This document shows, piece by piece, positions 41,940 through 56,205 of a stretch of 64,000 nucleotides of DNA (its first letter is position 1; each line of letters begins with the position of its first letter). This DNA comes from Octopus vulgaris (taxonomy: Eukaryota). A model generated the notes under the pieces. It was not told the origin of the DNA. It worked only from the letters and a program-made list of their open reading frames with translations, and searched no databases. The stretch is taken from positions 15,500,001-15,564,000 of the forward strand of contig OX597832.1 in NCBI GenBank assembly GCA_951406725.2. Direction: 5' to 3'. Made by a program: the position numbers and the translations under genes.

Positions 41940-43949
41940 AACATATTGCTTCATAATTATATTCTGTCTGTCCGATAAATTGTTCCAGTAATATCTCTTG
42001 GTACTTTTTTTATTAGTTGTCCTTTAGTACACTTTATATCTACAGACAATATATAACAAATATCAATAATTTACCCTATTCAAATGCACGTTTTCGCTGC
42101 CAACTGAAAATATTTATTACATGGTGACGAACAATATAATTGTACGGTATATTATTACCAATATATCTATTTTATAAGTTATAGAATTCATACTACAGTA
42201 TACATAAGTAGTTTAAAAAATAAAACTGCAAAATCATAGTGCGTTATTTCATGAAGTATAGAAAGAATTTACGTTAATTTTAATCATCGTTAAAAAAAAA
42301 AAAAGATTTATGCAGAGATTGTGAACTTATATAACCAAGTAATATACAAGACGATGGTGATGTTGATGTGAAAGAAGGCATTGCCGGTGAAGATAGCAAC
42401 GACAATGGTGATTATAATTTTCAATAAAACGACTCAGATGTCAATGATATATGTGACAACGACATCAACTTGCACAGAGAGAATAATGACAAATACGATG
42501 ATGATAATAATGGTGATGATATATTAAGACAACAGTGGAGAATAATATGTTAATAATGTTGATCATACTGATGATAGTCATGATGAGAAATAATATCACG
42601 ATCACCATGACGTTGATGACGCCGAGGAAGCGGATTTATATGATGGCTACGACGACGAAGGAAATGATTAGGAGGATGCATGAAATCGTATAAGAGACAA
42701 AAATGTGATATAAAACTAAAAACAAAAGACCATTTGGGAAAAAGAAGACGTTGAAATTAAAAAAATATATATATATAAGTAACTTAAATGCATAAATATA
42801 AAATATAAAAAGAAAAACTTGAACTGAATATTTTGTGAAGGATTTATCGTTATAAGAAAGAACTTAGGCGATAAAGGATTAGAAATTATGGTTATCAGGT
42901 GAGGTTTATATAAATGTATTTATCAGAATACACTAATAATTTGGTAATCTCATGAACATTACGTCAGTACTTATATCTTTCAGAAAGGATAAAAAGAGAT
43001 AAGAATTAAATATACAGGCAAATCGTGTATTATAGAAAACAAGATTGCATTATGTATAAACAAGGTATGTATTTAATCAGGTGTCTATAATATAATTCAC
43101 TACTGTGTAGTGAAAACGTCTATATACATAGGCACGCACAAATATGCGTAAGTACTTGCCATGTGATATATGTGTGTGTTTATATAAACATGCATACATG
43201 TTTGTCTATATATATATATATACACCCACACATCCAAACGCATACACACTCACAAAATACACCCACAGCACAAACGTACCATCATATGAGATTCATGTGG
43301 AGGTGTATGTTCCCTTTTATTGAAGTCCGTTGCAGAATATTATTCTATGAGCTTTCCTTGAATATTTTTTTTTTTACAGAGATATATAAAAACGAATGTG
43401 CATATTTCAGCTGCAACGTATATTATTAGAAAATATTACCTACGTTTATACACAAGTTTATTGTGAGTTACGATGTCTAGAACCTCTATTTTCACATGTC
43501 AGCGTCTTTAACGGGAAAGAAGTACCTGTGCTATTGCATTTGTTTTTCTTTATAGGTGGAGAACCTTGTCCAAAGTTTAGGATGTGTAAAATGAATCTTA
43601 AAATCTTTCAGTATTTCAACGCTAGTTAGTTATATTTTTAAAATTCTTCAAAGATGCAAGTGGAATATTTGTTTCAGGTTAAATTCACTTCAAAAATATT
43701 AAGATATTGAACAAGCAGGTGTTGCTATATAGTAGATGGCAATAGAAATGTAGGAAAGTTGAGTACAAAATAACAATACAAAAATAGAGCAGGTTGTATT
43801 GATGCATGGCCAATTTTTATACTGTTTCTGGTCTGATATTTCAGATCAGAAACCCGAATGGACATCGACGTATTTATCGATGTATTTACTTGTGCAGCGT
43901 ATTCATGAAATAGACACATACGCCCACAAAAAGCAGAATAAATCATTTA

Positions 43950-44235
43950 TTCTTTTCTTATATTATTTACTTTGTTTCAGTCATTTGACTGCAACCATGG
44001 TGGAGCACCGCATTTAGTCGAGTAAATCGACCTCGGGACGACTTATCCTTTGTGCTTACTCTATTGACTTATCCTTTGTACTTACTCTATCGGTTTATCT
44101 TGTCAAACCGCTGAGTGATGGGGACGTAAACACACCAGCATCGTAAACACACCAAGCGATGCTGGTGGTGGGGACAAACAAAGACACACAAACATATACA
44201 TATATATACATACACACACATATATATATATATAA

Positions 44236-44300
<65 letters not shown>

Positions 44301-44458
44301 GACGAGCTTCTTTCAGTTTCCGTCTACTACATCCAAGCAAAAGGCTTTGGTCGGCCCGGGGCTGTAGTATAAGACACTTGCCCAAGGTGCCATGCAGTGG
44401 GTCTAAGCTCAGAACCATGAGGTTGGTAAGCAACCTACATACCGCAAAGCCACTCCTG
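43950..44458 (-). mobile_element. SINE family B with internal TA tract
   Basis: Reverse complement of 45868-46290. Confidence 0.85.
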
Positions 44459-45501
44459 AAGAGGAAACCAGTAAAAGTATTCCTTCCCTTATTCATTAAT
44501 ACACAATCTTGTAAAAAATGTCAGGAATTCATTTCTAAGATACCATAGTTTGTAATAAATTATAGTGCGATGTGTAATATGACAAGTATATGTATATATG
44601 TGATTTTGCTGGAATTACTATTTAAGTATATATAGACAATATTATTATTAGATATTCACTCGAATGTTGTTCGTATCAGTATGGACGACAAATCTGGTGG
44701 TAACGCCAGAAATTATCTGTTAAGTAACCGAGTCCTTAAAAAATAATAAAGATTTTTTTAAAATATTCTAGAAACCAGAAAGTTATACATGGTGATTTCA
44801 GAACAAAATCACATATAACTAATACGTAAATATTACTGCAACGCAAAGGCGATGGATTGGCTGAAGCTTTTGGACAGCGTCGAAAATGTTTAACCTTCTT
44901 TCAACCGTCTTCGTTCTCAGTTAAAACCTACAAACGCTGTGGTGCTGGACATTGTCTGTCAGCCTTTCCGGGTGCATAAAATAAGTAGGTATCAATATTC
45001 GAGGTAATGTAATCGGATTACCGAGCCACGAATGCGCTGGCGTGTGCCAATATGAGAAGACCATATTGCTGGAAACGCTAAAAATATTGCCGCGTATTTT
45101 GGGAACAGGCGCACACAATATGTATACAATTATATATTTTGGCTACAGCATTAAAGGTTTCTAGCTCCTATTTCTAGCTCTTATTTTTATGGTAAAACAT
45201 TGTGCACGGTTTGCTATATATAATTAAAAAAGTATAGAAATTGATATTAATCAATTAAAACCAGTGGCCCAGCATATTTAAAAAAAAAACTAAGATTAAA
45301 CATTTTATGCATGCAAAATTTGGAAGAATGACCACTAATAGTGGACAACCTGTATGCTAGACACAGACGTCAAACTGGCCATTTACCACGAAGAATGTGT
45401 TCAGCATAGGTAATCGTTTTTTATTTCGTATATTTTCATTAGCCTTGCTTATTTCTACACTGTGTTTTCTTGCTGAATTCTTTTTTGACATGTATGTATA
45501 C

Positions 45502-45577
<76 letters not shown>

Positions 45578-45867
45578 TTATATATACATGTATGTATACG
45601 TATATATGTATGTACATATACATATGTATATATATACATACATATATACATACATATATACATAAAGATATACATACATATATATGCACGTGCGTTCTGT
45701 GTGTCTGTTTCTGTATATATGTATGAATTTACGTATCTAATTATATAAATGTTTCAAATTACTTCCCCGATCATCCCCGATCAGACAACTACACTAAGAG
45801 AATCGAATGCAGGGTCAACAAGAAGTTTGGGTTCATCGTTATATCGCCTACATTTGTCACGTTTATT

Positions 45868-46033
45868 AGGAGTGGCTGCGTGGTAATTAGCTTGTTTACC
45901 AGCCACATGGTTCCGGGTTCAGTCCCACTGCGTGGCATCTTGGGCAAGTGTCTTCTACTATAGCCTCGGGCCGACCAAACTCTTGTGAGTGGATTTGGTA
46001 GACGTAAACTGAAAGAAGCCCGTCGTATATATG

Positions 46034-46068
<35 letters not shown>

Positions 46069-46290
46069 GCGTGTGTGTGTTTGTGTGTCTGTATTTGTCC
46101 CCCTAGCATTGCTTGACAACCGATGCTGGTGTGTTTATGCCCCCGTTACTTAGTGGTTAGGCAAAACAGGCCGATAAAATAAGTACCGGGCTTACAAAAT
46201 AATAATTCCCGGGGTCGAGTTGCTCGATTAAAGGCGGTGCTCCAGTATGGCCGCGGTCAAATGACTGAAATAAGTAAAAGAGTAAAAGAG
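45868..46290 (+). mobile_element. SINE family B, full length
   Basis: tRNA-like head AGGAGTGGCTGCGTGGTAA...GGGTTCAGTCCC, internal TA/TG tract, and GTAAAAGA tandem tail. Confidence 0.85.
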
Positions 46291-47402
46291 TATACCCTGT
46301 ACTTCTAATTATAGAAATCCCTCCTCTACTTACGCCAGGAGAATACTCGGTGCACATTATTTACGTTGGGCTCTTATACTTAACATTTGCAGGCGTCCGC
46401 TTTTTTGTAGACACAATATACTTACACCGAGAAACAGCGGCGCACAAATACATATACACATATATACACACATATAATCGACTGAATACAGTGTTTAAAA
46501 TAATACCTTTTGACTATTCGTTTTATTGTTGTGTTCTGTGCTTAGAATCATATATGTATCAGTGCACTCTGAATAAACCTGACCAGTAACTCGGAAATTA
46601 TGTTTATCTCGTTTAGTGTACTTCTAATATTTTCCAAACCCAACATCTTTATGTTTCATTTTGTATTCACCAGATTCACTACTTAAAGCGGGAAAATGTT
46701 CTTTCTATTCAGCTTGTAAATATTGATATAGCTCTTCGGTTCTAATGGGTTTGTTTGTGATTTTCTCGTGAGGCTATGACATTATATCATTTATCAACGA
46801 TTGTTACAAGGTATGTATTCATATACGCCAATATACATTAGGTTAACGTTCGGAATAACTTATTTTATAATGCGTGAAGCTGTGCAAATCAGGTGTAAAA
46901 AAGAATTTATTGCATTTATCCAAATCCTCATATTGCAGAATGAAGCAAGATATTTATAGTTTGCAAATAAGAAGGAGTCATGACATCATTCATATATTGT
47001 ATATGGAGAATAATTTGGTTATGTTGCGCTAGTGATCACAAAATTCTAACCTTGACTCTTTTCCCGAGAAGGAAATTCAATAAAACAAATGGTGTCCAAA
47101 ATAAGTATATTACAAGTCATTTTGAATATATGCTTAAACACTAAATGATAAAGTTAGATCGTTATATCTACAATATATATATATATATACAAAGAATAAA
47201 TTAACTAGAGAAATACAGTTGACTATCTAACGTTGTAGTTATATCATAATATAACATAACATATGTTTATAATATAATATACGATACCATAACATAAAAT
47301 ATTAAAAAACGAAAATCGCCAACAACATGTTTCGACTTATATACATTATGTGTGTTATGAACTATTCAATTTGCTTATATACGTCTCATCATTATTATAG
47401 CC

Positions 47403-47500
<98 letters not shown>

Positions 47501-49370
47501 GCAATATATGTTGTACTTATTGTAGATCTAAGTTAATATTCAGAATTACGGGATTCTCCATTCGATAAATTAAGTAAAGTACATCTTAGGTTTATCTTCG
47601 TATTTATTACGGAATTATTCCTCCAATAAATTAAATAAATAAAGAGCATTTTTCCTTACTTTAAACGATATTTTTATATCAATATCTTTACATAAAGAGT
47701 TGCTATGTAATACCAATATAAAAGTATATTATCATTTTTTTTACACTTTTCATTGCAGTCTCTAGATTAAATAAGACCCCGATACTAAATTTATATGCTT
47801 TCATATTTTGTTATTACGTAGCGAACGATTGTTTTCGACCTAAACACGTTTGGATTAATAATATTTCAGATATATTGAAATATATTTGGGTAGTTGTAGA
47901 TAGTATTTCCTTAGTAATTTTATCCTTTATAATTTTGTTGTTCTTTGAATGTAAATGTTATGTAGTTGAAAAGTTAATACTCACACTGATAATACATAGG
48001 TATTTCAACGACTCTTTTCCCGATCCACCTTCCCCTTCACGCGGAATTTCGCTTATCGTTAAACAGTAGCTCTAATGAGACTTATATAAGCGAATTGAAT
48101 TGTTTATGAGTCAAATAATGCATATACGTCGAAACAAAATGCTGGATTGGTGCTTATTTAGCAACAGTGAAAATCCGTCCTTACAGTTGTGTGTTGTAGA
48201 TTTTTCTCTCAGATGAATAACCCCTTTTAAGCCAACGCTGCGTTTAACAAATCCTCGTATCAATGATTACATGGGCCCCCTATGTTTGGATACGTTCTAT
48301 CCTGTCAGACGGATTGTTCAGACCAGTTAAGACACTGGTGTTTCAATACGTTACTTCTCGTCAGCCATAAAATAGAAAGGAGCTAAATTCAGAGGATTTA
48401 TTTATAAATCCAGCTAAAAATCAATTCGGTGATCGGTGCTTATGAAAGCTTGTTGAAATTAACACCTATTCCCACCGCCTATAACGCGATTTGCGTAGGG
48501 AATGTTTGAATATGGATTTTTCACACGTCTACGCATATTTAGACGCATAATACACTGGGCGGTGTAAATATTTAAGTGGAATAACCTTCTACTTTAGCGA
48601 TAACAGACAGTTCAACACATCGTATTTGAATACAACATTCTGAGACACATGTGGTTGCCTTGTGTTTCATGGGCGAGAAGTAGTCGGAAACTTGTAACTA
48701 AAAGCAGAAAAAAATATTCTCACTTGGGTTGTCTTGTCAGCCATAATGAAGCAGCACTTAGAAACGAAACTAAAGACTATCACCTGCTTTCTTTGTTATT
48801 TGAAGGAAGAAATTTTGTGATGATTTGTGCTTATGATAACAGCTCATTGTGTACCGTCTTACATGATCTAGAGCGGCTATCAGCCTGTTAATTGAAAATC
48901 TCCTGCGAAATATAATAACAGAATCATTTTTACATCTATAAACAGCTGAGTACGTTACCATATATGTGACAACACTGCCTCGAGCTCCGTATATGTAAAC
49001 TTTTGAAGTACCTATCTCCTATCACAACAGGAATATGTAAACTTCATTCACAGGAGGAAGGTTGTTTCTTATTCCCTCTCCTTATTCTACAGTATATATG
49101 GAACCGTTCTTCTTGTTGAACATTTAATTACACAATTCGCGTGTATTTACTTCATATAAATATATGAGTTGAAAACATTCTCTATACATTTCATGTCTAT
49201 ATTCCATGATGGCATGGGTTGCAGAGTTATGTAGAAAGTTGTTTTCTCAGCTACTAGCAGTTGAGACCTGCGTAATGTAATCAGCGTTTTTAAATTTCTT
49301 AAAATTGGGAAACGCCCGGTGTTTGTGCTATTAGTCACACATATACACACATGCGCGCACACACACATAT

Positions 49371-49435
<65 letters not shown>

Positions 49436-49532
49436 GAAAATGGAGAAAATCACGGATTAACAACCACATCGATTGGACCACAGTTATAGTTTATTTATTC
49501 ATACAAGGCATAAAAAATGAGGAGACGTAACA

Positions 49533-49647
49533 TTACTTACGGCCGTTTCTGATCGGTTGCCAAAATGGTGTCAATAAGTAGATGCGATAATAATTTTTTT
49601 CATCTTCATAGGGCATTCGAAAAGGCAGCGGAGTTTCATCAGAGTAA
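49533..49647 (-). ncRNA. Hammerhead motif with enlarged stem II, inside a TA-flanked element (about 49431-49885)
   Basis: TTACT-CTGATGA-[about 86 nt]-GAAA-CGGCCG-TA-AGTAA: perfect 5-bp stem I and palindromic helix III. Confidence 0.6.
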
Positions 49648-49885
49648 AAGACAAGACCATAAATGTAAACAAAGGAAACAAATGGGAAAATGGAAGAAAA
49701 TATGAGCTATACAAACAACTCTCTGAAGCGTTTCCTTTTGTGGATACGTATCTTGTGTGTACAAATAGCTCAAACACACAAAATGCGATTCAAATATAAT
49801 AGTCGCTTTTTTCTCAGTTTTTTTGTTTTACGTTTCAAGGCTTTGTATTTGAGATGTTTTTTCACTAACAATAATATAAATGTAA

Positions 49886-49955
<70 letters not shown>

Positions 49956-49959
<4 letters not shown>

Positions 49960-50242
49960 ATAAATATTAGAGAATGAATCCGAAATTACAGGGAAAAATC
50001 AGATTTAGGGTTAAATCCAATTTTATAGTAAAATATTATATAATATAATTCGAGACAAAACCACTATTTTAAACCAAACAAGGAAAATTTGATAATGATT
50101 AGAAGATCGAAAATCCACCTGAAGATTGTCGGTAGCAGACATGAAACATTTGTAGTGGCGGTTTATTTAATTTATATTCAAATTTTATCTATTGATTAAG
50201 TATTTCCTTGTTTGGTTTTAAAATAGTGGTTTTGTCTCGAAT

Positions 50243-50252
<10 letters not shown>
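49956..50252. mobile_element. Inverted-arm hammerhead-bearing short element (family H1)
   Basis: The tail is homologous to 21622-21700. Arms lie at about 50038-50087 and 50203-50252, with TA flanks. Confidence 0.85.
50115..50158 (+). ncRNA. Type-I hammerhead ribozyme motif
   Basis: CCAC-CTGAAGA-T-TGTC-ggtagca-GACA-T-GAAA-CAttTG-TA-GTGG. Confidence 0.8.
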
Positions 50253-50280
<28 letters not shown>

Positions 50281-50316
50281 ATCAAAATAAAATAAAAACA
50301 TGATGCGAAGGATTCA

Positions 50317-50394
50317 GCGGTACATATGTTTCGGGCCTTTATTAGACAGATTTATAACAATGCATAATGTATGTCTGTGGTCTTCTTCAGCCGC
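50317..50394 (-). ncRNA. Type-I hammerhead motif in a TA-flanked element (about 50279-50427)
   Basis: GCGG-CTGAAGA-AGACC.ACAGA...TCTGT...GGCCC-GAAA-CATATG-TA-CCGC. Confidence 0.75.
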
Positions 50395-50425
50395 GCACAA
50401 CATATAATTATCAAGTACTCACCCC

Positions 50426-50504
<79 letters not shown>

Positions 50505-51317
50505 TATATATATTCATATATTCAGATACATGTGTCTATGTATCTGTGTTTCTATGTGCGTGCGCGGATGCACGCCTGCTTTTGCGTTTGTATATACGTG
50601 ATAATATTTATGTGTATGTTTATGTAAGTGGTTTTATGAATACCCGGATTAAAACAAGGCTAATGCTCGGTAAAACTCTTATACAGAAATTAACAAATTC
50701 CTCGCTGCCATGTAGAATTCATTGCATCTCAGACAAATACAACAACATCTAGTATCTATGGCTGCAGTAAACTAGCAAAGACAATTGCGTGTAATGACTT
50801 TTATTAGCTGCACTGTTTCTCTTGCTCTTGATGAATGCTTCGTTAACAAATCTTCTCTTGTGGGAATATTTTATATAATTGTTATGTGCCTTCTCCACAT
50901 GATTCAGTATCCTTAACAAAATGGTAGTGAGGCTAGAATTGTATGTGAGCAGCCTAACACGCATAACAGGAGATGTCTGGAAGAATCAAGACAAATATCT
51001 TATGTCTTTAGTATCGGGGTATATATTGCATTGAATAATTATCTTAAAGGAATTTATGTTATGCAAAGAGCACAACTTACATGATATTACCGCCATACAT
51101 AAATATGTTGCGTAAACCATGGTATCGACAAAAGCAGATGGAATCATTGCTGCGGCTGTGAAAAAGTCGATTTATAATGGAAATCTTCGACATTATACAG
51201 AGGAGTAACAAATGTATAATGAATGTGAACCACAAGAACTGAGATTCTATTTAAACGGCTATTACGAGAGAAAATTTATTGGCTAGTGGCTGCTACAACA
51301 TCCCGACGGAGGTCCAG

Positions 51318-51356
<39 letters not shown>

Positions 51357-51357
<1 letters not shown>

Positions 51358-51407
51358 CAGCAGAAAATTCAACAAAATCTGTTACTCTGAGTTTCTCGTT
51401 GCCGTTC

Positions 51408-51410
<3 letters not shown>
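51357..51410 (-). other. About 54-bp insert in a TA tract carrying a 5'-truncated hammerhead
   Basis: Minus strand reads ATGA-ACG-gcaa-CGA-GAAA-CTCaGAG-TA-ACAG, related to 18223-18267. Confidence 0.55.
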
Positions 51411-51470
<60 letters not shown>

Positions 51471-51511
51471 TAGATAGATATAGATATATAGATATATATA
51501 TATATATATTA

Positions 51512-51587
<76 letters not shown>

Positions 51588-51659
51588 CCTCGGTTAGAAC
51601 GGAAATGCGTGTGTGTATGAACTGCCTCATTCTGCCAAACTCCAGGCGTATATTGTACT

Positions 51660-52128
51660 AAAAAGCAGTGTGGGATTCTAATACATATTTTCCCTCGATG
51701 ATTTTCCATCGATTCTGTTTCCCAGTTTCCTTTTTATCTCTTCAATTATCACGTCTGCTAAACACATATTTGCTCGTATTGCTCTTGCCTGGTCAGCTAA
51801 CCGAATCTCACTTACTTCGAAGAGACCTATTTCATTTCATTTTTGGTTTATTCGATGTCGGAATCCACTTCCTCTAGGTTTATCCTGATCCGGAATCACA
51901 CCGCCTTCTGACTCTGTGCACAAGCAGTACCTGGATGACCACTGCACGTGCGCTACGCAACCAAAACTACAGAGCTATTACTACCCATACGTTGGGCCTG
52001 ATCCCATCGTATTTCTGTATGTTGGAGAACTTGAATATAATTGTCACTAGGAGACAGCTGAACACCAATGGATCCCATATCTCCACCCACATATTGCCCC
52101 GGAATTAAGTCCAGATTAATTCACGGTC
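51660..52128 (-). mobile_element. 5' region remnant of an R4/Dong-like LINE
   Basis: Minus 51726-51878 translates PRGSGFRHRINQK*NEIGLFEVSEIRLADQARAIRANMCLADVIIEEIKRK. This resembles the R4-clade N-terminal GYRKRM..W....EQRLADQ.R.I motif. Confidence 0.6.
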
Positions 52129-52594
52129 ATCATCATCATCATCATTATTCATCATCATCATCATCATCATTCTTCACCATCACTATCATCACTAATATTA
52201 TTTTGAAGCCGATGTAGTTGTTCTTCATTGCAGGCGATTAAATGAAGCTGACTTGATTTCATGCATTTTTTATTCAAAATAGCTACATGCCGATAATATT
52301 TTAAGTCTTGCGTCCCGTGCGAAAGACGTTAGCGAAAGCCATTAAAGCATTTCTCCTATGTGGTTTGGGAACAAAAAAAATATTTGCGATTTTGAATATC
52401 TAAATTTTGTAGTACACTGAAATATAAGGTGCTTAAGGCAAATCCCACTTGTTGATTTATCACTCAATATATAGTAACTTCCTGGGTTGTTTTCTGTTCG
52501 AATGATATTACGTTCACTTCCTTATAAATTTCGTAAAATATTTATGCACAAGTGTGAGAACTTTGGGGTTCGAAATTGCGTTGATACGCTTTCA

Positions 52595-52818
52595 TCTTTA
52601 CTCTTTTACTTCTTTCAGTAATTTGACTGGCCATGCTGGAGCACCGCCTTTAGTCGAGCAAATCGACCCCAGTATCTATTCTTTGTAATCGTAGCTCTTT
52701 TTCTCTCTGTCTCTTTTGCCGAACAGCTAAGTAACGGGGAAGCAAACACAGCAGCATTAGTTGTCAAGCGATGTTGGTGGGACACACACAAAAAAACACA
52801 CACGCACAAACGCACACA

Positions 52819-52902
<84 letters not shown>

Positions 52903-53078
52903 CAAAACATATACATATATACGACGGGCTTCTTTCAATTTCCGTCTACCAAATCCACTCACAAGGCTTTGGTCCCTTCGAGGCCATAGTAGAAGACACT
53001 TGCCCAAGGTACCACGTAGTGGGACTGAACCCGGGACCATGTGGCTGGTAAGCAAACTACTTTCCATGCAGCCATTCC
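52595..53078 (-). mobile_element. SINE family B, full length with expanded internal microsatellite
   Basis: Reverse complement of 45868-46290. Confidence 0.85.
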
Positions 53079-53691
53079 TTCGCCTATGTTTCGTTTTTTT
53101 TCATCTTTGCGTGTTGGAGAAAATAAGTACCAGCTGCGCACTGGGGTTAACATTATGGACTTAGCTTCTCCCCCGAAGCTTTAGCCAAATTATCGCTTGC
53201 CAAAATATTAAACAAATAATTCTATTTAATCGTGTTTTGCAAAGCTCTTTCTTTACGTCGGATTATTAACGCTTACATGATATCTAACTTCTCACTTAGT
53301 GTTGTTATGTAGTTTACAAACTGTAGATTGTGTCGGAATGTACAATTATTTGGCAAGAAATCTGCAGTTTCACTGCTTTTCTCTAATAAGAGCTCTTAAA
53401 ATTTATTACATTTTCACAAGACATCTTAATCAATAATTCACTTTAAGTGCTGTATAGAACTTTAAGCATGATAGGCAGGAACCTTAGCAAGATTTAAAAA
53501 TCTTAACCGTTTGCTAACGCATTGAAATATCATCTGTATGAGTAAGATTAGAAACAATTCTGTCAAGGCATCCAAAGGAGTTTGTTATGAAAATAAAATA
53601 TCTACCGTGAATATATTGGTTGAAATTACAAATCTACAAATTATGAATGCACACATACGTAGATACGTACCTATACATACATACCTACATA

Positions 53692-53746
<55 letters not shown>

Positions 53747-53748
<2 letters not shown>

Positions 53749-53955
53749 CCATGTTGATTCGCTAGCTTCTGCACGCATTTTCTTTCTCTCCTTGTTTCTC
53801 TCTGTGTTTCTTTTCTGTGTATCTTTCTGTTGAAGAGCGTAGGCTCGAAACGTAAAAGACATGTTTTATTTACATTCCTGAGCGGCATACTAATACAATT
53901 GTTTGTTTGTATTCCACCTGCCTTCGTCTTTTGTTTATTTTCATAAAGCCTCCCG

Positions 53956-53958
<3 letters not shown>
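53747..53958 (+). mobile_element. Short TA-flanked element (family H3) with hammerhead motif at 53822-53859
   Basis: TCTTT-CTGTTGA-A-GAGC-gtag-GCTC-GAAA-CG-TA-AAAGA, with long TA runs on both sides. Confidence 0.75.
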
Positions 53959-54020
<62 letters not shown>

Positions 54021-54399
54021 ACTTATTAGAACTGTTTATAAGTTGTTTATGAATTTAACCTTTCAAGGTATTTTTAATATGCTGGCCATTCATTACATTT
54101 TTTCGAAAACTGTTATCCTATATTATATATATATATAAATATACATGTATGTATGTATGTATGTATGTATGTATGTATGTATGTATGTATGTATGTATGT
54201 ATCTATGTTTGTATTTAATAATCTACGTCTTTGATGACTTGATCTCGTCTTGCTCCGTTACACGTGTGACTTTCGATGTTGTTTACCGCTTTACGTAACT
54301 CTGCTGTGAGATTGGGTGTGGAACAAAATATGAGTGAATTTGTGGATACAGAGGTGTTTGGCGACTCCAATATTTGAGCATTTGGACAAAGTTTCGTGT

Positions 54400-54830
54400 G
54401 TTGCGTCTCGGCACCTCCCAGTCCTGTTCTTATTTGTGTGATTTGGATAATATCGACAGCTTTTGGGAGTCGTCTAGACTTCTTTGATATCAGAATGTAT
54501 ACTATTCACAGAGTAGGATAAGTTCTTTTACTTGGGTTATTTTTGAGTTCCTGCTCAAACCGTTACTTTATGTTGCTTGATTTTTCCATGTGCGACCCTG
54601 ATTGCCGTGCACTCTTTACTTAGGATCTAGGTGGGTTACTGCTCGTATTGGTCGACTCCATAAAAGAGGGCCGCAGCAGATACGGAGGTATCTCCCAGAG
54701 ATGAGCCTGGACTGGGGCACTGCCTTGTTGATGCCTAAGAAAAACGTGGAGATATACCAACAAATGTTGGTAGCGGCGCATGCCATCATATAGCCGGAAC
54801 TGCCTTTTAAAGAAGGTAATTTTCATTATC
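54400..54830 (-). mobile_element. Possible highly decayed PLE thumb/linker remnant
   Basis: Scattered fragments YLHVFLRH, KAVP...RYLRICC, AIRVA and KKSRRLPK occur in the same order as YLLFNSCHP, NIPFNLARRIC, GIRRA and KSYKQPK of the 62525 ORF. Confidence 0.3.
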
Positions 54831-55976
54831 ACTTGAGTCTCCTAAAGCTTCGCTTCATACAGTAGTAACTTACAAATAAAACAAATTAAAACTGTAAATT
54901 CAGCAGTTGTCGGCTAATGAATGTTATTGGTTTTTGTTCTTAATCACGTTCGTGATAAATATTTGGGCTTTTAAAATCATTTTCTAAGAAAAAAAAATTA
55001 ATCATTGCTTTAATCCTCATACCATAGAAAACGTCTAAAACGCCAATGCTTACATCCCAATGTACTTCAAACAAGAACGTCCATTCCATTTTTAAAAAAT
55101 AGAGACCGCTTATAACTCTTCAGAGTATTATACCTGCTTGTATTTAGAATATGTTTTTCCAAATATTAGACCTGAACAGTAATTCAGTATTTAGCAGAGT
55201 CATACTGTTGGGGGGTATAGCAATAAAGTTACAGGAGAATAACAGAAAATGTTTCAGTTAGAAGTGCTTGGCAACTCAAAGAAAACTCAATTTGCCACAC
55301 ACGAACACTTTTATCAAATGTATTCTCTCAGAATTTCCAAAGGCTTTTCCAGTACTAAACAGCTATCTCATATATTCAGACGCTTCGACTAACTGACATA
55401 TTCTATCCATAAATTGTATTGCGTAAGAACTGCACTAGACAATCTCTCGCTAATGCCATTATAATTGCTAATATCCTAATAGATACCTTTCTAATCCATG
55501 CTGTATGTAGACACATGGAAATGCAATTATACTTTCTTCATAATTAATGATACTTCAAATATAATTCTTAATGCCCTTCATAATACACTTAATTTTAATA
55601 ATTCATGCGGCTTTATGTAAATATGAAAATACGTGTACTGTTACTCTATAAGTTACGATATCTTAGAAATTAATCGACATTTTAGCTTCAAAGTAGGAAA
55701 CCTTCATTAGGAAAACCAAGCATAATTTGGTGGGTGTTCTCGCTACAGTTGATACATTGTATTAACGGAAAAGAAGAACGCAAAATCCTACCCATAATCA
55801 AAAGTTATTCAAAATAGAAAAAGCAGAAACAATATTATGATTAGGGGATAAAACTTTACTGAAATTATTGGCCCTCAACTTTCACGAGGTTCTAAAGACA
55901 GCTATGATGTATCATGCATCGTTTTCTCACTCATTTCATGGAAAGATATTTAAACAATTCTTTTGTCTTGGATACC

Positions 55977-56205
55977 TATTTCTCTATTACCCACAAGGGG
56001 CCAAACACAGAGGGGACAAACAAGGACAGACTTAGGTATTAAGTCGATTCCATCGACCCCAGTGCGTAACTGGTACTTAATTTATCGATCCCGAAAGGAT
56101 GAAAGGCAAAGTCGACCTCGGCGGAATTTGAACTCACAAGGTAACGCAGACAAAATACCCTTAAGCATTTCGCCCGGCGTGCTAACGTTTCTGCCAGCTC
56201 GCCGC
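55977..56205 (-). mobile_element. SINE family C with about 17-bp target-site duplication
   Basis: Head GGCGGCGAGCTGGCAGAAACGTTAGC...GAGTTCAAATTCC and body GCCTTTCATCCTTTCGGGATCGATAAATTAAGTACC. CTTTTGTCTTGGATACC occurs at 55960-55976 and 56206-56222. Confidence 0.9.

Noticed and set aside
42350-42680. GAT/GAC-rich stretch resembling an acidic coding region
   Set aside because: It is a decayed trinucleotide repeat with stops and has no ORF in the track.
45310-45360. CCAC-TAATA-GTGG hairpin with faint hammerhead resemblance
   Set aside because: Neither core strand matches adequately.
47320-47345. GAAACATGTT on the minus strand (hammerhead 3' half-like)
   Set aside because: No upstream CUGANGA-like core or stem II.
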